Source: Stegostoma tigrinum (lineage: Eukaryota). From it: a stretch of 64,000 nucleotides of DNA. Location: assembly GCF_030684315.1 (NCBI RefSeq), contig NC_081358.1, forward strand, positions 6,690,496 through 6,754,495, given 5' to 3'. Below, one piece after another: positions 26,821 to 39,310 of the stretch. A program made the position numbers and the translations under genes. Positions within the stretch are counted from its first letter, which is position 1. Each line of letters opens with the position of its first letter. Below the pieces are notes generated by a model. That model was not told the DNA's origin and did no database searches. It worked only from the letters and a program-made list of their open reading frames with translations.

Positions 26821-29800
26821 ACAGCCACATAATATAAACACTGCAGACTGCAGAATATGCACTGATACACTTTTGTCTTTGTTGCAGGGGAATATGCACA
26901 TAACAGAAAACAATAGGGAAGAACTGGAGGCATACAAGATACCTGTATGTTTTAACAACCGCAAAGTAGTCAATATTATTGTTCTTGGGATGGAGATCAA
27001 TAGGACTGCGGTCAATGGCAGATTTGGAGCTGTCAGTGATGAAGATATGCACTTCCTACGCCCATCCTATCTCAGCAAGAATTCAGTTTTATGGTTCAAT
27101 CTTTTCCGACTGAGAAGCTCCAGATTGTATAAGCCATCTTGCCTTACCTTTCCTGTTTTCATTTGAGACAACAGATAATTGGACCATTCCCTGCTAGTGA
27201 AGGAAGAATAAGACAATGTTGATGTCACTTGATCAGGTCATAGGCGCCAGTTCAAATATTGAGGCTGCACACATTTTATAGACTAGAATACAGTTGGGTT
27301 TTCCCAAGATGAGACATTTGGCGCAAGTGGATTGAACCAAGAAAAGGGAAAGGTTGGCCAAGGTATCAATGTGCTTGAGCATAAGGCCACACATTTAGTT
27401 TTGCTGAACAAAATGAGATAAAGGCTTTAATGCCTCAGGATAAAGAAGAAAGCAGTTCAGTTTATGTAACCAAGTGCTCAGTAAACTGAAAAACCAGTTG
27501 TAACAAATCTGTACTCAATACTATTGAACACATAGGAATCCCGAACTTACTTGATGCGTAGCTTTGTGTGGACCTTAGAACCAATCGTTACCAATATGAA
27601 ACAGGTGTCCACCTCCACCAGAGCACCCATGAAAGCCATCATGATGTAGTGTCTGATGGCCAATATTGATGAAGCAAAAGCAGCTTCTCTCAAAGGTCTA
27701 GGTGCTGTAGTGGAAGCATAGACTGTTGCCACCATGGTTCTGGACATCAGTTTTTAAAGGATCTTCCAGGACACAATCACAGTTCATCCAGCTGATCAAT
27801 CTGTTCTCTAACAGGTCAGTGGGATCTCTGAGAAGCCATTTGGCAGGGGGACAGTGGCTTTCTTTCTCAAAGTGACAGAATTACTGCTTCCATCCCTGCC
27901 ATTCTGCTGATGCCCTAGCTATTGCTTGTTAGTCAGCCAAACCCAATTGTTGTACTCCAGGATTAAATAGTGAGATATGAAGCTTTCTAGGCTTCATGAG
28001 ATCACTTGCTAAGACCTGTTGCAGTTTGCTCAGTTGGAGATCAATGGCGTTGCACCAGCCATGCACTAGGTACAGTACCTGGCCACAAAAAGGCAGAGGA
28101 AAGAATCATAAAGTAAATGTACTGTAGGTGATTACTATGTGTATTATGTCAACACTGAGTTTATGGAAGTTTTTAAAATGTGCATTTATGGTGGGTTTTA
28201 TTTTACTGCTGTTCATAAGATTACAAAAATAGTCAATGGTCGAGGATGGGTGAAGAATCAGAGAGTTTGGTGAATGGGGAGTTGCGATTGAGGTTATTAA
28301 TATCACTCCCCTAACTATTACAGCTGGTCATAAAGAGATTTTCTATCTCTTGCAACTCTTTTTTCCCTATTCCGTTTCTGCAACTCTTCATGCACTTCCT
28401 TCTTCATGACCTCCTCCTCAATCTCCATGTTCTCATGTGCCGGCTCTTTGGCTATTCACTTAATTAGTACAGACATATCTATTCCTTCTTAATGGTGAGC
28501 TTGTAAAGCACATATGCTACCACAAATTTTGATGCTCAGCTGAATATCACAGGGTTCCTCCAGAACAGCCCAGGCAGCAGATGACTTGTTTGAGGACTAC
28601 AATGGTAAGCTTTTTAAGGTTCCGTGAGGCAGCATTGCCCTCAATCTAAGTCTCATTGTCGGCTCTACAGATGTGAGAGAATTCTGGACTGGAATAATGA
28701 GTCATGTCTGGATTTGGGAGGTGTCTAAAATCAAAGAAGTTTGATTAATTTATTAATTAATGTGTTAATCATCTTTATTAATAATCACCTAAAAAAGGGA
28801 GATGGCTGACTATGATGGCAATCAAGCTGCAGTGCTGGTTTGACAGTAACATTTCCATTATTACATCCAATGCATTTCCCATTGAAAGTGTGCATGCCAA
28901 CTTTAGAAAAATTGTTTGAGTGCTAAGAAACCAATAGTACCTTAAAAAATGGACGATGTAGAGCCCAATGTCTTCTCTATATGTACAAATAACCATCTAT
29001 GTGAAGGACATACTAACCTTTCTTCACAGGCTTATATTAATAATTCTTATGCTATGGCACAGTGTCAGTAATTTGTTTATCATTGAAGATGATCCTTCAA
29101 TCTTTAGCAAAGCTTGTAATTAGGCAACTCCCTGGACCCATATCACTTCACTTTGAAATATTCCTCATATCTAATATTGATGGAATATTCTGCAGGATGT
29201 ATATATTTTATAAAACAGAGAATTCTATCTTCACTATTGATTATATGCTGTTTTGACAACTATCTGTTACTTTTGGGGAAAGACAAGTCTAGTTTTTAAA
29301 TACAAGTGATTCACTGGCCTTGCAGAACAGACTAATGCATGGTGATATTGTGACTAGTGGAAGTGAAGGGGTTAATTTTAGTGGACTGGTTACCAAGCTT
29401 GAGGACAGCAGGAATCCAAGGGACAGGTCCAGTTGAAGGAGGCTGGGGACAGATGGGAGAAAAGTACATAGGGGTGTGGAAGTGGAAAGAGTCTTTGCAG
29501 GCCATGCATCAGCAATCCTGGACTCTCAGGGATTCCACAAAAGGGTAACACTTTGAAATGAAACATGAACATTTTGGCCACTGTGCTAAATCCTGCCGGA
29601 CCATGAGGTTGGAATTTGGGTTTTGTTGGCCTCCTGTTTTTTTTTCAGCTAGAAGGGAATTGTGGGACTGATCTTATCATTGAGCTGCAATCTTTCCATG
29701 TGAAGTAAACAAGCTCTTCCAGGCCTGAACTAAGATTGACTAAGATAGTGCAGGTTGGAAGTTGGGGACAGGAGTTGGTGGAGAAGGGGGACTGGATTCC

Positions 29801-30700
29801 CTTGACTGGGTCTAAGGATCTACTTGGTTTTCAGTGATATAGGAAAACCATTAGTGAGTGTCAACAGGAAGTGGCTGCCATCTTACACAAGCTGTCATTT
29901 ATCATATGATAGCAATCAGGTCCGACTTACCACTAGTATTAATGGTAGACCTATGGATATAAGTCTTCACTCTACAAGATCCTGAGATGTTTTATCTTTT
30001 CCAACACAAATTCTTGTGTCATCATCAGATTGTGTAGGGATTAATGCAGTCTCCAACATTAATCCTTTCAGAACCATGCCTTATACGACATGAGGATGCC
30101 TCAAGAGTGCAGCATTTCTCTCTAACCAACCCATCTCTCTGTTATGCAATCTTTGCTGTATTGGTTAAAATTACTACTAAAATGTTTAAAATTTATAACT
30201 GTACTCTTTGATCCAGTAAATGAACAAAGAGATTGGAATATACACTATAATAGCATCCTGTTAAGAAAAGATGATCCTTTTTCTTTAAAGTCACCTAAAT
30301 AATTTCCTCATTCCCCACCCAAGGTAAGACCCCACTCCTGGGCCTAAGAGATGAGAAAACAAACCGGGTGCAAATGGTGCAAATGCTAACCTTCTCTCCT
30401 TTCTTATTGGAAAACAAATGCCACCTATTGCCCTGTGCCTGCCCATCCTCTCCTCACTATTTGAGCTTCATTCTGTGAAGTGTCATTTAATTGATCAGTG
30501 CCCCTGTCACTGTATTCAACATGCACCCCCTTCCCCAAAGGCACACAGTAGATGCAGTGTTGACATGCATTGCTGTTCCTCTGTTACTACATTAACCATT
30601 ATCTATCTACTACCGTGAGGGACCATTGTCACCACAGGTCTGGAGATGTTCAAGTGAAATATGTAGCATGGGATTCTCAGACTATCAAGCAATGAGCTAT

Positions 30701-30808
30701 AATTGTGGTCCATATTCCAATACCAAACGTAAATAATTGTATTTCTAAATCAAGAATTGTGGTCCATATTCCAATACCAAACGTAAATAATTGTATTTCT
30801 AAATCAAG
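30701..30808 (+). repeat. Perfect 54-bp tandem duplication
   Basis: aattgtggtccatattccaataccaaacgtaaataattgtatttctaaatcaag at 30701-30754 and 30755-30808. Confidence 0.95.
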
Positions 30809-31410
30809 AAATTCAGAATGCTGGATCAGGCAGGAAACCTATATAATTATAAATCTGATGCATTAAAAAGAGGAGCTAAAAAGCACAGCAAATTACATAA
30901 AAATTCAGCCTATTTTAAATAAGTAGAACAATCATAATGGTAATGTTTTAGAATTAAATATATCTATTACATTGACCTTCTCCTGGCTGAAAATTTTGAC
31001 ACTTTTTGTTTGTAATGCTTCTAAGTGTCATGAAGTTATCAACTCCTCTCACTTGGAATGAACTCAAAAGATAGTAAAGTTGTGGCTGAGGCATTTTAGG
31101 CATTGAATAAACTCTCCAGCTGGCATTAAAGCATCAACATTGAATCAAAGCTCTTAAGGGCCTCAAGAAATCTCTTAAAGGCATCAAAGGGAAGCACCCA
31201 AAGGAGACTCTCAAAGGCATCAAATCACATCAAAAGCATTCAGCAACCCATGTGTTGACAAAAGCAGTGAAATCTGCAAACTTATAAAACAATGAAAATG
31301 GTAACATGAACTACAATGAAAACAACAAATTATAAAAACAATGGGAATCATATAAAATAGCCAGAAACCCATCAGTTATTAAATAGCCTCCAATTACATG
31401 ACTGAAACTT

Positions 31411-31590
31411 GAGATGCTGCTGGGCCTGCTGTGTTCATCCAGCTCCACACTTTGTTACCTGGTGAGTCTCCATCTTGTTTCAGAGACAGTAGGAACTGCA
31501 GGTGCTGGTAAATCAGAGATGAACACAGCAGGCCAAGCAGCATCAGAGGAGCAGGAAAGCTACTGTTTCAGACCTAAGCCCTTCTTCATC
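31411..31590. mobile_element. Two short PLE family A pLTR fragments in opposite orientation
   Basis: gatgctgctgggcctgctgtgttcatccagc on +, then a minus-strand pLTR end running to a decayed hammerhead (cccttcttcatc). Confidence 0.7.
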
Positions 31591-31691
31591 TTGTGTTTGT
31601 GTAGCAGCTGTTGATGGTGGGATTGAGTCCTGACTCAGGCACTCCATCTTTATTGTGGTGCAGTTGGTTGAACACTGCACAAATAACATGA

Positions 31692-32346
31692 GCGTGCGAT
31701 GGCCTAGTGGTATTTTCACTGGATTGTTAATCCAGAGATTCAGGTAATGTTCTGGGGATCTGGGTTTGAATCCCACCACGGTTAATGGTGGAATTTGAAT
31801 TCAATTAAAAAACATTGGGACTTAAGAATCTAATGATGACTATGAATCCATTGTTGATTGTTTGAAAAAGGAGGAGGCAATGGCCTAGTGGTATTATTGC
31901 TGGACTGTTAATCTAGACACCCAGATAATGTTCTGGGGACCCTAACATGGCAGATGGTGGAATTTGATTTCAATAATTATCTGGAATTAACAGTCTAATG
32001 TTGACCATGAATCCATTGCCAATTGTCAGGAAAACCCATCTGGTTCATTAATGTCCTTTTAGGGAAGGAAACTGCCACCCTTACCTGGTCTGGCCTACAT
32101 GTCACACCTGACCCACAGTGATGTCGTTGACTCTTAACTGCCCTCTGGACAATTAGGGGTATGCAATAAATGCTGCCTGGCCAGTAATACCCTCATCCCA
32201 TAAATGAATAAAGAAAAATAAAACTCATCTGGTTCACTAATGTCCATTACAGAAGTAAAATGCCACCCTTACCTGGTCTGGCCTACATGTGACTCCAGAC
32301 TCACAGCAATGTGGTTAGTTCTGAACTGCCCTCTGGGCAATTAGGG
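31692..32346 (+). mobile_element. Cluster of three pieces of tRNA-derived SINE family 2
   Basis: Two heads (tggcctagtgg A box at about 31700 and 31881) and two bodies (catctggttca.taatgtcc...ccttacctggtctggcctacatgt). Confidence 0.8.
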
Positions 32347-34896
32347 AGTGAAAGGTTACTATGTGACAATGTGTTACTTTCTTTACCCTGAATAAAAATA
32401 TAAGTAAATCAGCTTGCATGGGAGGAGAAGGTTTTGCTCAGTAAAAAAACTAATTTCCTACCAAGCTTACTACAACTTTGATTCATGTTCCCACAATCCA
32501 GTTTTGATTTACTCATTGCAAGTGTCTCATCTATTGTCACAAACAGATGAGATGGCAAAATCTTTTTCTTCATCCCCTCTCAGTCATTCACAACAAATAA
32601 TTTTGCTTCTTTTTAATGTGCAGCTTTCACATTTCAATTGAAGTGTAATTAACTGGATCAAAATGCAAATAAAAATACTTGAGTGCAAGAAAGAGGAATT
32701 TTATTACCTATGTCCCCAAGAGAATAATAAAAATGTGACATTAAACACACAAAAACACAGTTAATAAACTTAAAAATAAGATGGGAGTGAGCTGGTATCT
32801 GCAGTGATAATGAGTGATAACAATTTCTTGTTTCACGTTTTTAGAGTCTAAATGTGTTAGATTTTAATCTCAACTGTCTTATTTCTTCAGTGAAGTTTGT
32901 AGATCTTGAGATGTCAGTGAACAGTGTCTCAGTTATAATTTTAGTGGGCACTGGTTTTTGAGATGAGAGGTAAACAGGTAGAGAGTTTTTTTTCCAGTTC
33001 TGGCTTGCAAATGAATTTTTCTTCCTCTCTGCTTTGTCACTTGGAAACAACTGTTAACATAAGTTTGTATTTCTCTACAACTTCTGAGTCCAGAATCAAG
33101 GAAGAGGGATAACATTTACCCAGTTGGAACCAGAAAGTCTCCTCTTCACCTCGCTTCATCTTTGAGATCCTCGTCATTTTTACAGCTTGTTGTTCATCAG
33201 TAGCATTCCAGTCTGAAGGAGCTAAGATCTTTAAATGTCTCATTAAACATGCTCATTGTTTAGTTTCTCTATTCTCTAGCTGTCTAGGAATGGGCACATT
33301 TTCATTGAAATAAAATGGAGTTATTGTTTGCATCTAACTCCTCAAACACTTGGTTGTGGAAGACTCTTATTCAGCTTCCAGCCTATAACTATCAACAACT
33401 GAGAGCCAAGCATCGCCGTGATGATGCCTAAGAGATACATCTTGACCAAACTTTTACATTTCTGCACCTTTGTTCATCTTCTCGACTGTAGAAACTTTTG
33501 TGTTTCGCGAATTTTGCAAGATGAATCACTGATTGTCTAATTAGGGAAAGGACCTCTCCCAATAGAAAAGTTCTCTGTACGAAAGCCAATAGTCCTGAAT
33601 TGGCAACAAGATTCCGATATATTTTCCGTGTTAATGTCATGCCTTGCTTCCCACATTAGTGAGGAGAGAGAACATTCAAGTCAATGCTTTTAGCTTTCAC
33701 ATTCAATTGATTTACACAAAAGATCTTTCATGATGTTTGCAGATGCAGAAATCGGCTTCCCAAGGAGAGTAATTGAATTGAAAATAACATACACAATTAT
33801 TGTCAAATTGATAAGTAGGTGGAAATTGCTGGTTTGATGCAAGTAGTCTTCACTTTTTCAGGATGTTATTCAGGATTGTATTCACTTGCTTCATGCAGCA
33901 ACTGCAAGTAGTGCCAGTTTGGCATGGATTCATCATGGTTCCTCAAAATGTTATCATTTCAAATTCACGAAGATATTTTAGTGCAATACTGAACTTGTAC
34001 CTAGCTGGAAAGACCTTCTGAATTTCAAATAAGCTTACCATCTGCCTGCTGAGATCATAACATATCTCTGAAGTATTTGAAGAATAGCTATTCTCATATT
34101 TTTGTCAATGTTTAACTCTCATCTAGTATTGCCAAAAATGAATTTAGTGCTCATTCATTTAATTGTTGCTTTTGGGACCTTGTTTTTAAATTAGATGCAT
34201 CCTGATTTTTGTCAGAGGGTCATATCTGAGCAACCTTTCACACTGTCAGATAGTTGGTAAATTTATAGCTGCACTGGATCAATTTGGCTGGAGGCCAGGG
34301 GCAGGGACAGAAATCATGGGCCCTGGTGCTGCTCCTGCCTTGAGTTCCTTGGCCTCCATAGAAACCATAGAACCAAAGAAATGATACAGCACGGAAGGAA
34401 GCCATTTGGTCCTGCTTGTCCATGTCACCCCCAAAGATGTCCCTTCTCATCCCATCGTCCTGCATATAGGCCATACCCCTGCAGGTTTCTCTTGTTTACT
34501 CTATCGCTATACCTCACAGTTTTGTATCTTGTTGCCTCTCAGCCTTCTCTGTTCCAAGGAAAACAACCTCAACCTCTCCAATCAGTCCTCATAGCTACAG
34601 CTCTCCAGCCCTGATAATATTCTAGTAAATCTTCAGTGCACTTTCTGCAATTATGTCTTTCCTGTAATGCAGCTAGTAGAACTGTGCACAATATTCCAGG
34701 TGTGGCCTCATCAGTGTCTAATACAGTTTCATCATCATATCCCCACTTTTGCATTCTATACTGCTGCCAGTGATGGATAGAATTCTGTGTGGCTTTGTTA
34801 CAATCTTATCTACCTGTGCAGGTATCTTTAGGAACGTGTACATGCTGAGATCTTTCATTTCATCTACCCCTCTCAGTACATTACCGTTTATTGTAT

Positions 34897-35530
34897 ATAG
34901 AACATAGAACAATACAGCACACTTCGGCCCTCGATGTTGCGCTGACTTGTGAACTAATCTAAGCGCATCCCCCTACACTATCCCATCATCATCCATATGC
35001 TTAACCAAGGACTGTTTAAATGCCCCTAATGTGGCTGAGTTAACTACATTGGTAGGTAGGGCGTTCCACATCCTTATCACTATCTGAGTAAAGAACCTGC
35101 CTCTGACATCTGACTTAAATCTATCACCCCTCAATTTGTAGCTATGCCACCTCGTACAAGCTGAAGTCATCATCCTCGGAAAAAGACTCACTGTCCACCC
35201 TGTCTAATCCTCTGATCATCTTGTATGTCTCTATTAAATCCCCTCTTAGCCTCCTTCTCTCCAATGAGATGAGACCCAAGTCCCTCAGCCTTTCTTCATA
35301 GGGCCTTTGCTCCAGACCAGGCAACATCCTGGAAAATCTCCTCTGCACCTTTTCCAATGCTTCCACATCCTTCCTGTAATGGGGCGACCAGGACTGTACG
35401 CAATATTCCAAATGAGGCCGCACTAGCGTTTTGTACAGTTGCACCATGGCTCCGGAGCTCAATCCCTCTACCAATAAAACCTAACACACCGTAAGCCTTC
35501 TTAACAGCACTATCAACCCGGGTGGCAAAT
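34897..35530 (-). mobile_element. Young CR1 3' fragment nested in an older CR1
   Basis: [29 protein letters not shown], highly similar to 19780-20415. An older CR1 lies at about 34355-34896 and resumes at about 35530-36590. Confidence 0.9.
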
Positions 35531-36134
35531 TCTGTCATATTCTGTTTTACTGTTTGGCCTCCCTAAATGCATTACCTCACACTTATCAGAGTACCACTTT
35601 CCTGCCACCTATATCATTTTGGAGTTTGCAGTTATCCTCTACACTATCCACTACATGTCCAATTTTTGTGTTGTCTGTAAATTTCCCATTTGCAAATCCC
35701 TATGTTCAAATCTAAATTGTTAGTACATAAAACAAACAGCAGGGGTCCCAACTCTGAGCCCTGTGGAACATCACTTGAAACAGATTTCCATTCACAAGGA
35801 CACCCATCAACTATTACCTTTGTTTCCTGTCACTAAGCCAAACTTGGATCCAATTTGACACATTCCCCTGTGTTCCATGAGCTTTTACTTATCGTCTGCC
35901 ATATGGGACATGACAAATTCCTAACTAAAATCCGTGCAGACAACATTCATTGCACCACATGTATTGATCCTTCTTGACACTTCTTCGAAGAGTTCAAGGA
36001 AGTTTGTAAGGCATGATCTTCCCTTAACACAGCCCTACTGACAATCCATGACTGGTCCATACCTTTCTAAGTGACAGTTTACCGACCTCTCAGAATTGAT
36101 GCTAACTATCGACCCACCACTGAAATAAGACTAA

Positions 36135-36302
36135 AAATCAAAAGAACTGCAGATGCTGTAAATCAGGAACAAAAGCAAAGTTGTTGGAAGGGCTCAGCAA
36201 ACCTGGCAGCATCTGTGAAGGAGAAAACAGAGTTAACGTTTCAGGTCCGGTGAGCCTTCCTCAGAAGTTCCGAGCAAGGGTCACCTGACCCAAAACATTA
36301 AC
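36135..36302. mobile_element. PLE family C mini-insertion with inverted hammerhead pair
   Basis: gttaacgtttcaggtccggtgagccttcctcagaa followed by its decayed reverse complement gttccgagcaagggtcacctgacccaaaacattaac. Confidence 0.8.
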
Positions 36303-36593
36303 AGTGAAGTAAAATTAATATGCCTATGATTGTTTGACATTTCTTTTATACCATTTTAAAACAATCAAATCACATTTGCTTTTCTCCAGTTCTCCAGCAC
36401 CTCACCTGGGTCCTGTAAAGATTGGAAAATAATGCCCAGAGCATCTGCAATTTCCTCCCCGTCCCCCTTCAACATCTCAGGGATTTTTCATCCAGCTCTG
36501 GCAACTTATCCATTTCCAAGCATTCCTACCTCTCTTGTTAGGACTATTTTGTCCAATATTTCACTGCTCTGCTAGGATTACAATAAAATCCTT

Positions 36594-36812
36594 TCAGAGA
36601 TAGTAGGAACTGCAGATGCTGGAGAATCTGAGATAACAAGGTGTAGAGCTGGATGAACACAGCAGGCCAAGCAGCATCAGAGGAGCAGGATAGCTGACAT
36701 TTCGGGCCTAGACCCCTCCTCAGAAATGGAGTAGGGGAAGGGGGTTCTGAAATAAATAGGGAGAGAGGGGGAGGTGGATAGAAGATGGATAAAAGAGAAG
36801 ATGGGTGGAGTG
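36594..36812 (-). mobile_element. PLE family A-like solo pLTR
   Basis: Homologous to 60143-60360 and includes a hammerhead-like motif at 36696-36723. Confidence 0.82.
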
Positions 36813-37029
36813 GACACGGACTCCTCCCATTGGTTTACCACTGATTTATCCTTTAGCAGTACTGCCCAGTCCACCTCAGCCAACATGAGAACAGAGGCCT
36901 TGACCCCAGCTCAAGCACAGTGAGCCCTAGTTATTGGATTCCACTGTCCCATGCCCTGCTCAAGGCACAGCTAGTTCTGGAAAATAGATTTTCAGTCCTA
37001 CAGTCAAACTGTTATCTGAATCCATTCCT

Positions 37030-37830
37030 TTTCCATTACCAGTGCACTCAGACCTTTCTTGATGTCACCTGGGGTGAATCAATTTGACAGGTGGCTGACA
37101 ACTGTAATGATGAGGATCTGGCTGGAGGGGGTGGTGAGCAGTTCAGCATGTTCTAGACCCTGCAATTGTTGAGAATGGCATGTTCAAGGAGCCTCCTCCT
37201 CCCGTTAGCAGTTTTAATTGTCCACAACCATTCATAACGAGATGTGGCAGTACTGTAGATTAATGCTGTTATCAGCTATGGGATCTAGAAGCTCTGTACA
37301 TAATGTGTTGCTTCTTGTGGTTCTCATGCATGTCATCCTGCTACCCCAGGTTGATGCATTAGTTTCAGATATGCCTTGTTACATTTCTGGTATGCTCATT
37401 TGCAATTTTCATTGAAAAAGGGGTACTTGTTTGGCCCGATAATGATGGAAGGATGCAGAAAATATGTGGCAGCTTGGTTACAGACTCAAGCACAATTCTC
37501 CTGCTGCTCCATTGACTCACAACCTCATGGATAACCAATGTTGAACTGTTCGATCTCTTCTTAATTTATCCCACCGAACAGAGCCATAGTAGTGTACAAC
37601 ATAATGGAGGGTGAAAAAGGGGCCAGATTTCCATAAGGACTCTCTGGTCGTCACCTCTATCAATGGAGGTAAAAACAGCTACGTCTACCACAGGTAGATT
37701 AGTGAGGATAATATAGAGTCAGTTTTTCCATCATGTTCATTCACCATTGGCAGCAAGCAAGCCCATCTGGGAGATATGTTCTTCAAGATTTGGCCAGTTT
37801 GGTCAGTAGTCATTCTCTCAAGCTACTTTG
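37030..37830 (-). mobile_element. Old LINE endonuclease-region fragment
   Basis: Diverged CR1-group sequence. Family assignment is tentative. Confidence 0.4.
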
Positions 37831-37838
37831 TTGGATAA

Positions 37839-38410
37839 CATCATCAGAGCAGCCTCCGATCAAGCGTTGGTGTGTTTTCCTGCCTGGTTTTTAAACTCTG
37901 GGGTCCGTTGAGCTGGTTTACCTCACTTCCAGTTTTCCTTTGTAGTGGAGTGCATGTGGGGTCGAGTTCTATGTGCTTATTGCTGGCTTTCTTCATGGAG
38001 TACCAGGCTTCTAGGAATTCCCGTGCCTGTCTCTGCCGAGCCTGTCTCAGGATCTTGGTGTTGTCCCAGTCAAAGTGGTGGCTCTCCTTGTCCATGTGGA
38101 TTGAACTGAGTGAGTATTGGTCATGTCTTTTTGTAGCCAGCTGGTGTTCATGTACTCTTGTTGTTCTACACAGAGAACTCGACCCCATATACACTCTGCT
38201 ACGAAGGAAAACCGGAAGTGAGGCAATCCATCTCAGTGGACTCCAGAGTTTAAAAACCAGGCGGGAAAACACACCGACACTTCATCGGAGGCTGCACTGA
38301 TGATGGTCTGAGCGCATGGCAATGAATCATCTGCGGGACAACTAACCAGTTCGGCCAGCCAACCAACCTCAACACCCACAACTCGAACTACAAATCTACT
38401 CCAAAACCTT
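37839..38410. mobile_element. PLE family D (Poseidon-like) 3' fragment with inverted pLTR
   Basis: Minus-strand RVHEHQLATKRHDQYSL...HHFDWDNTKIL...REFLEAWYS...NKHIELDP, which is a GIY-YIG C-terminus. 37843-37965 is inversely duplicated at about 38175-38303. Confidence 0.85.
38294..38334 (+). ncRNA. Decayed hammerhead motif (PLE family D)
   Basis: gca-CTGATGA-tggtctgagcgcatggcaat-gaat-ca-TC-tgc. The 5' core and stem I (gca/tgc) remain, while GAAA and stem II are mutated. Confidence 0.45.
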
Positions 38411-38549
38411 AGAGAGCTACTCTTCATATTGAACATTAAAGTTTCAAATCAAAGTATATTTTGTCCCTTTGGCACCCTTGGGACTACTTCTAATATCAGT
38501 AGGTAAAAATCAAAGAGTGTCATCTAATCTGAACAATACTATTTTATCC

Positions 38550-38685
38550 AAGAAAACAAAATGTGGGGCTGGATGAACACAGCAGGCCAAGCAACATCTT
38601 AGGAGCTGCTTGGCCTGCTGTGTTCATCCAGCCTCACACTTTGTTATCTTGGATTCTCCAGCATCTGCAGTTCCCATTATGTCTG
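38550..38685. mobile_element. PLE family A fold-back mini-insertion
   Basis: Inverted arms with TSD aatactattttatcc / aatactactttatcc (38535-38549 and 38686-38700, one mismatch). Confidence 0.82.
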
Positions 38686-38959
38686 AATACTACTTTATCC
38701 TTATTCTATCAGTTTTAATGTGCTCCAACCTTTATCGTGAGTCCAATCTTATCTATGTTTTCTGATACCACTTCAGAAAATCCAAACAGGTTAGTTAAAT
38801 GTGACTCCATTTTTCAGGATCCACGCTGACATTTTCAAAACTTTATTTTCCATCACTTGTGTCACTTGTTCATCACATTAGTTCTTTGACATGCCGCACT
38901 GCACAAATAAAAAATTCGATTAAAAAATATACCATTTGTCTTCAGTCTCCATCACAAAC

Positions 38960-39310
38960 TCTGATGCCTGGCCATTGCCTCCACTTCGCTGCCTGGTACG
39001 TGTCCGAGGCTGAAGGATACCATTCGCAATCTTGATGTCATAGTTGACACTGAGCTACACTTTCCACCTCATATCCATTTCATCACCAAGAACACCTCCT
39101 TTCACTTCCATAAAATTGTCTGAGTCATCCTTGTTTTAGTTCATCTGGCACTCATACCTTCATGCCACCCTTTGTCATCTCTGGACTTGACTATTCCATC
39201 TCTCTTCTGGTGGGTCTCCCAATTCCAGCCTACATAAACTTGTGCTCACCTAAAATTATATTCTAACTCATGCCAAGTTCTTTCCACCCATCATGATGTC
39301 AAACCTGCTG
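38960..39310 (+). mobile_element. L2 LINE fragment
   Basis: IRNLDVIVDTELHFPPHIHFITKNTSFHFHKI...FVISGLDYSISLLVGLP resembles the L2 C-terminal motif VRNLGV.FD..LSF...RLDY.NSLLAGLP. Confidence 0.65.

Larger units (their letters stand above)
34355..36590 (-). mobile_element. Older CR1 LINE hosting nested insertions
   Basis: (catagaa)n tail at 34357-34375, with RT remnants such as VPQGSELGPLLFVL on the minus strand near 35725-35770. Confidence 0.7.
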
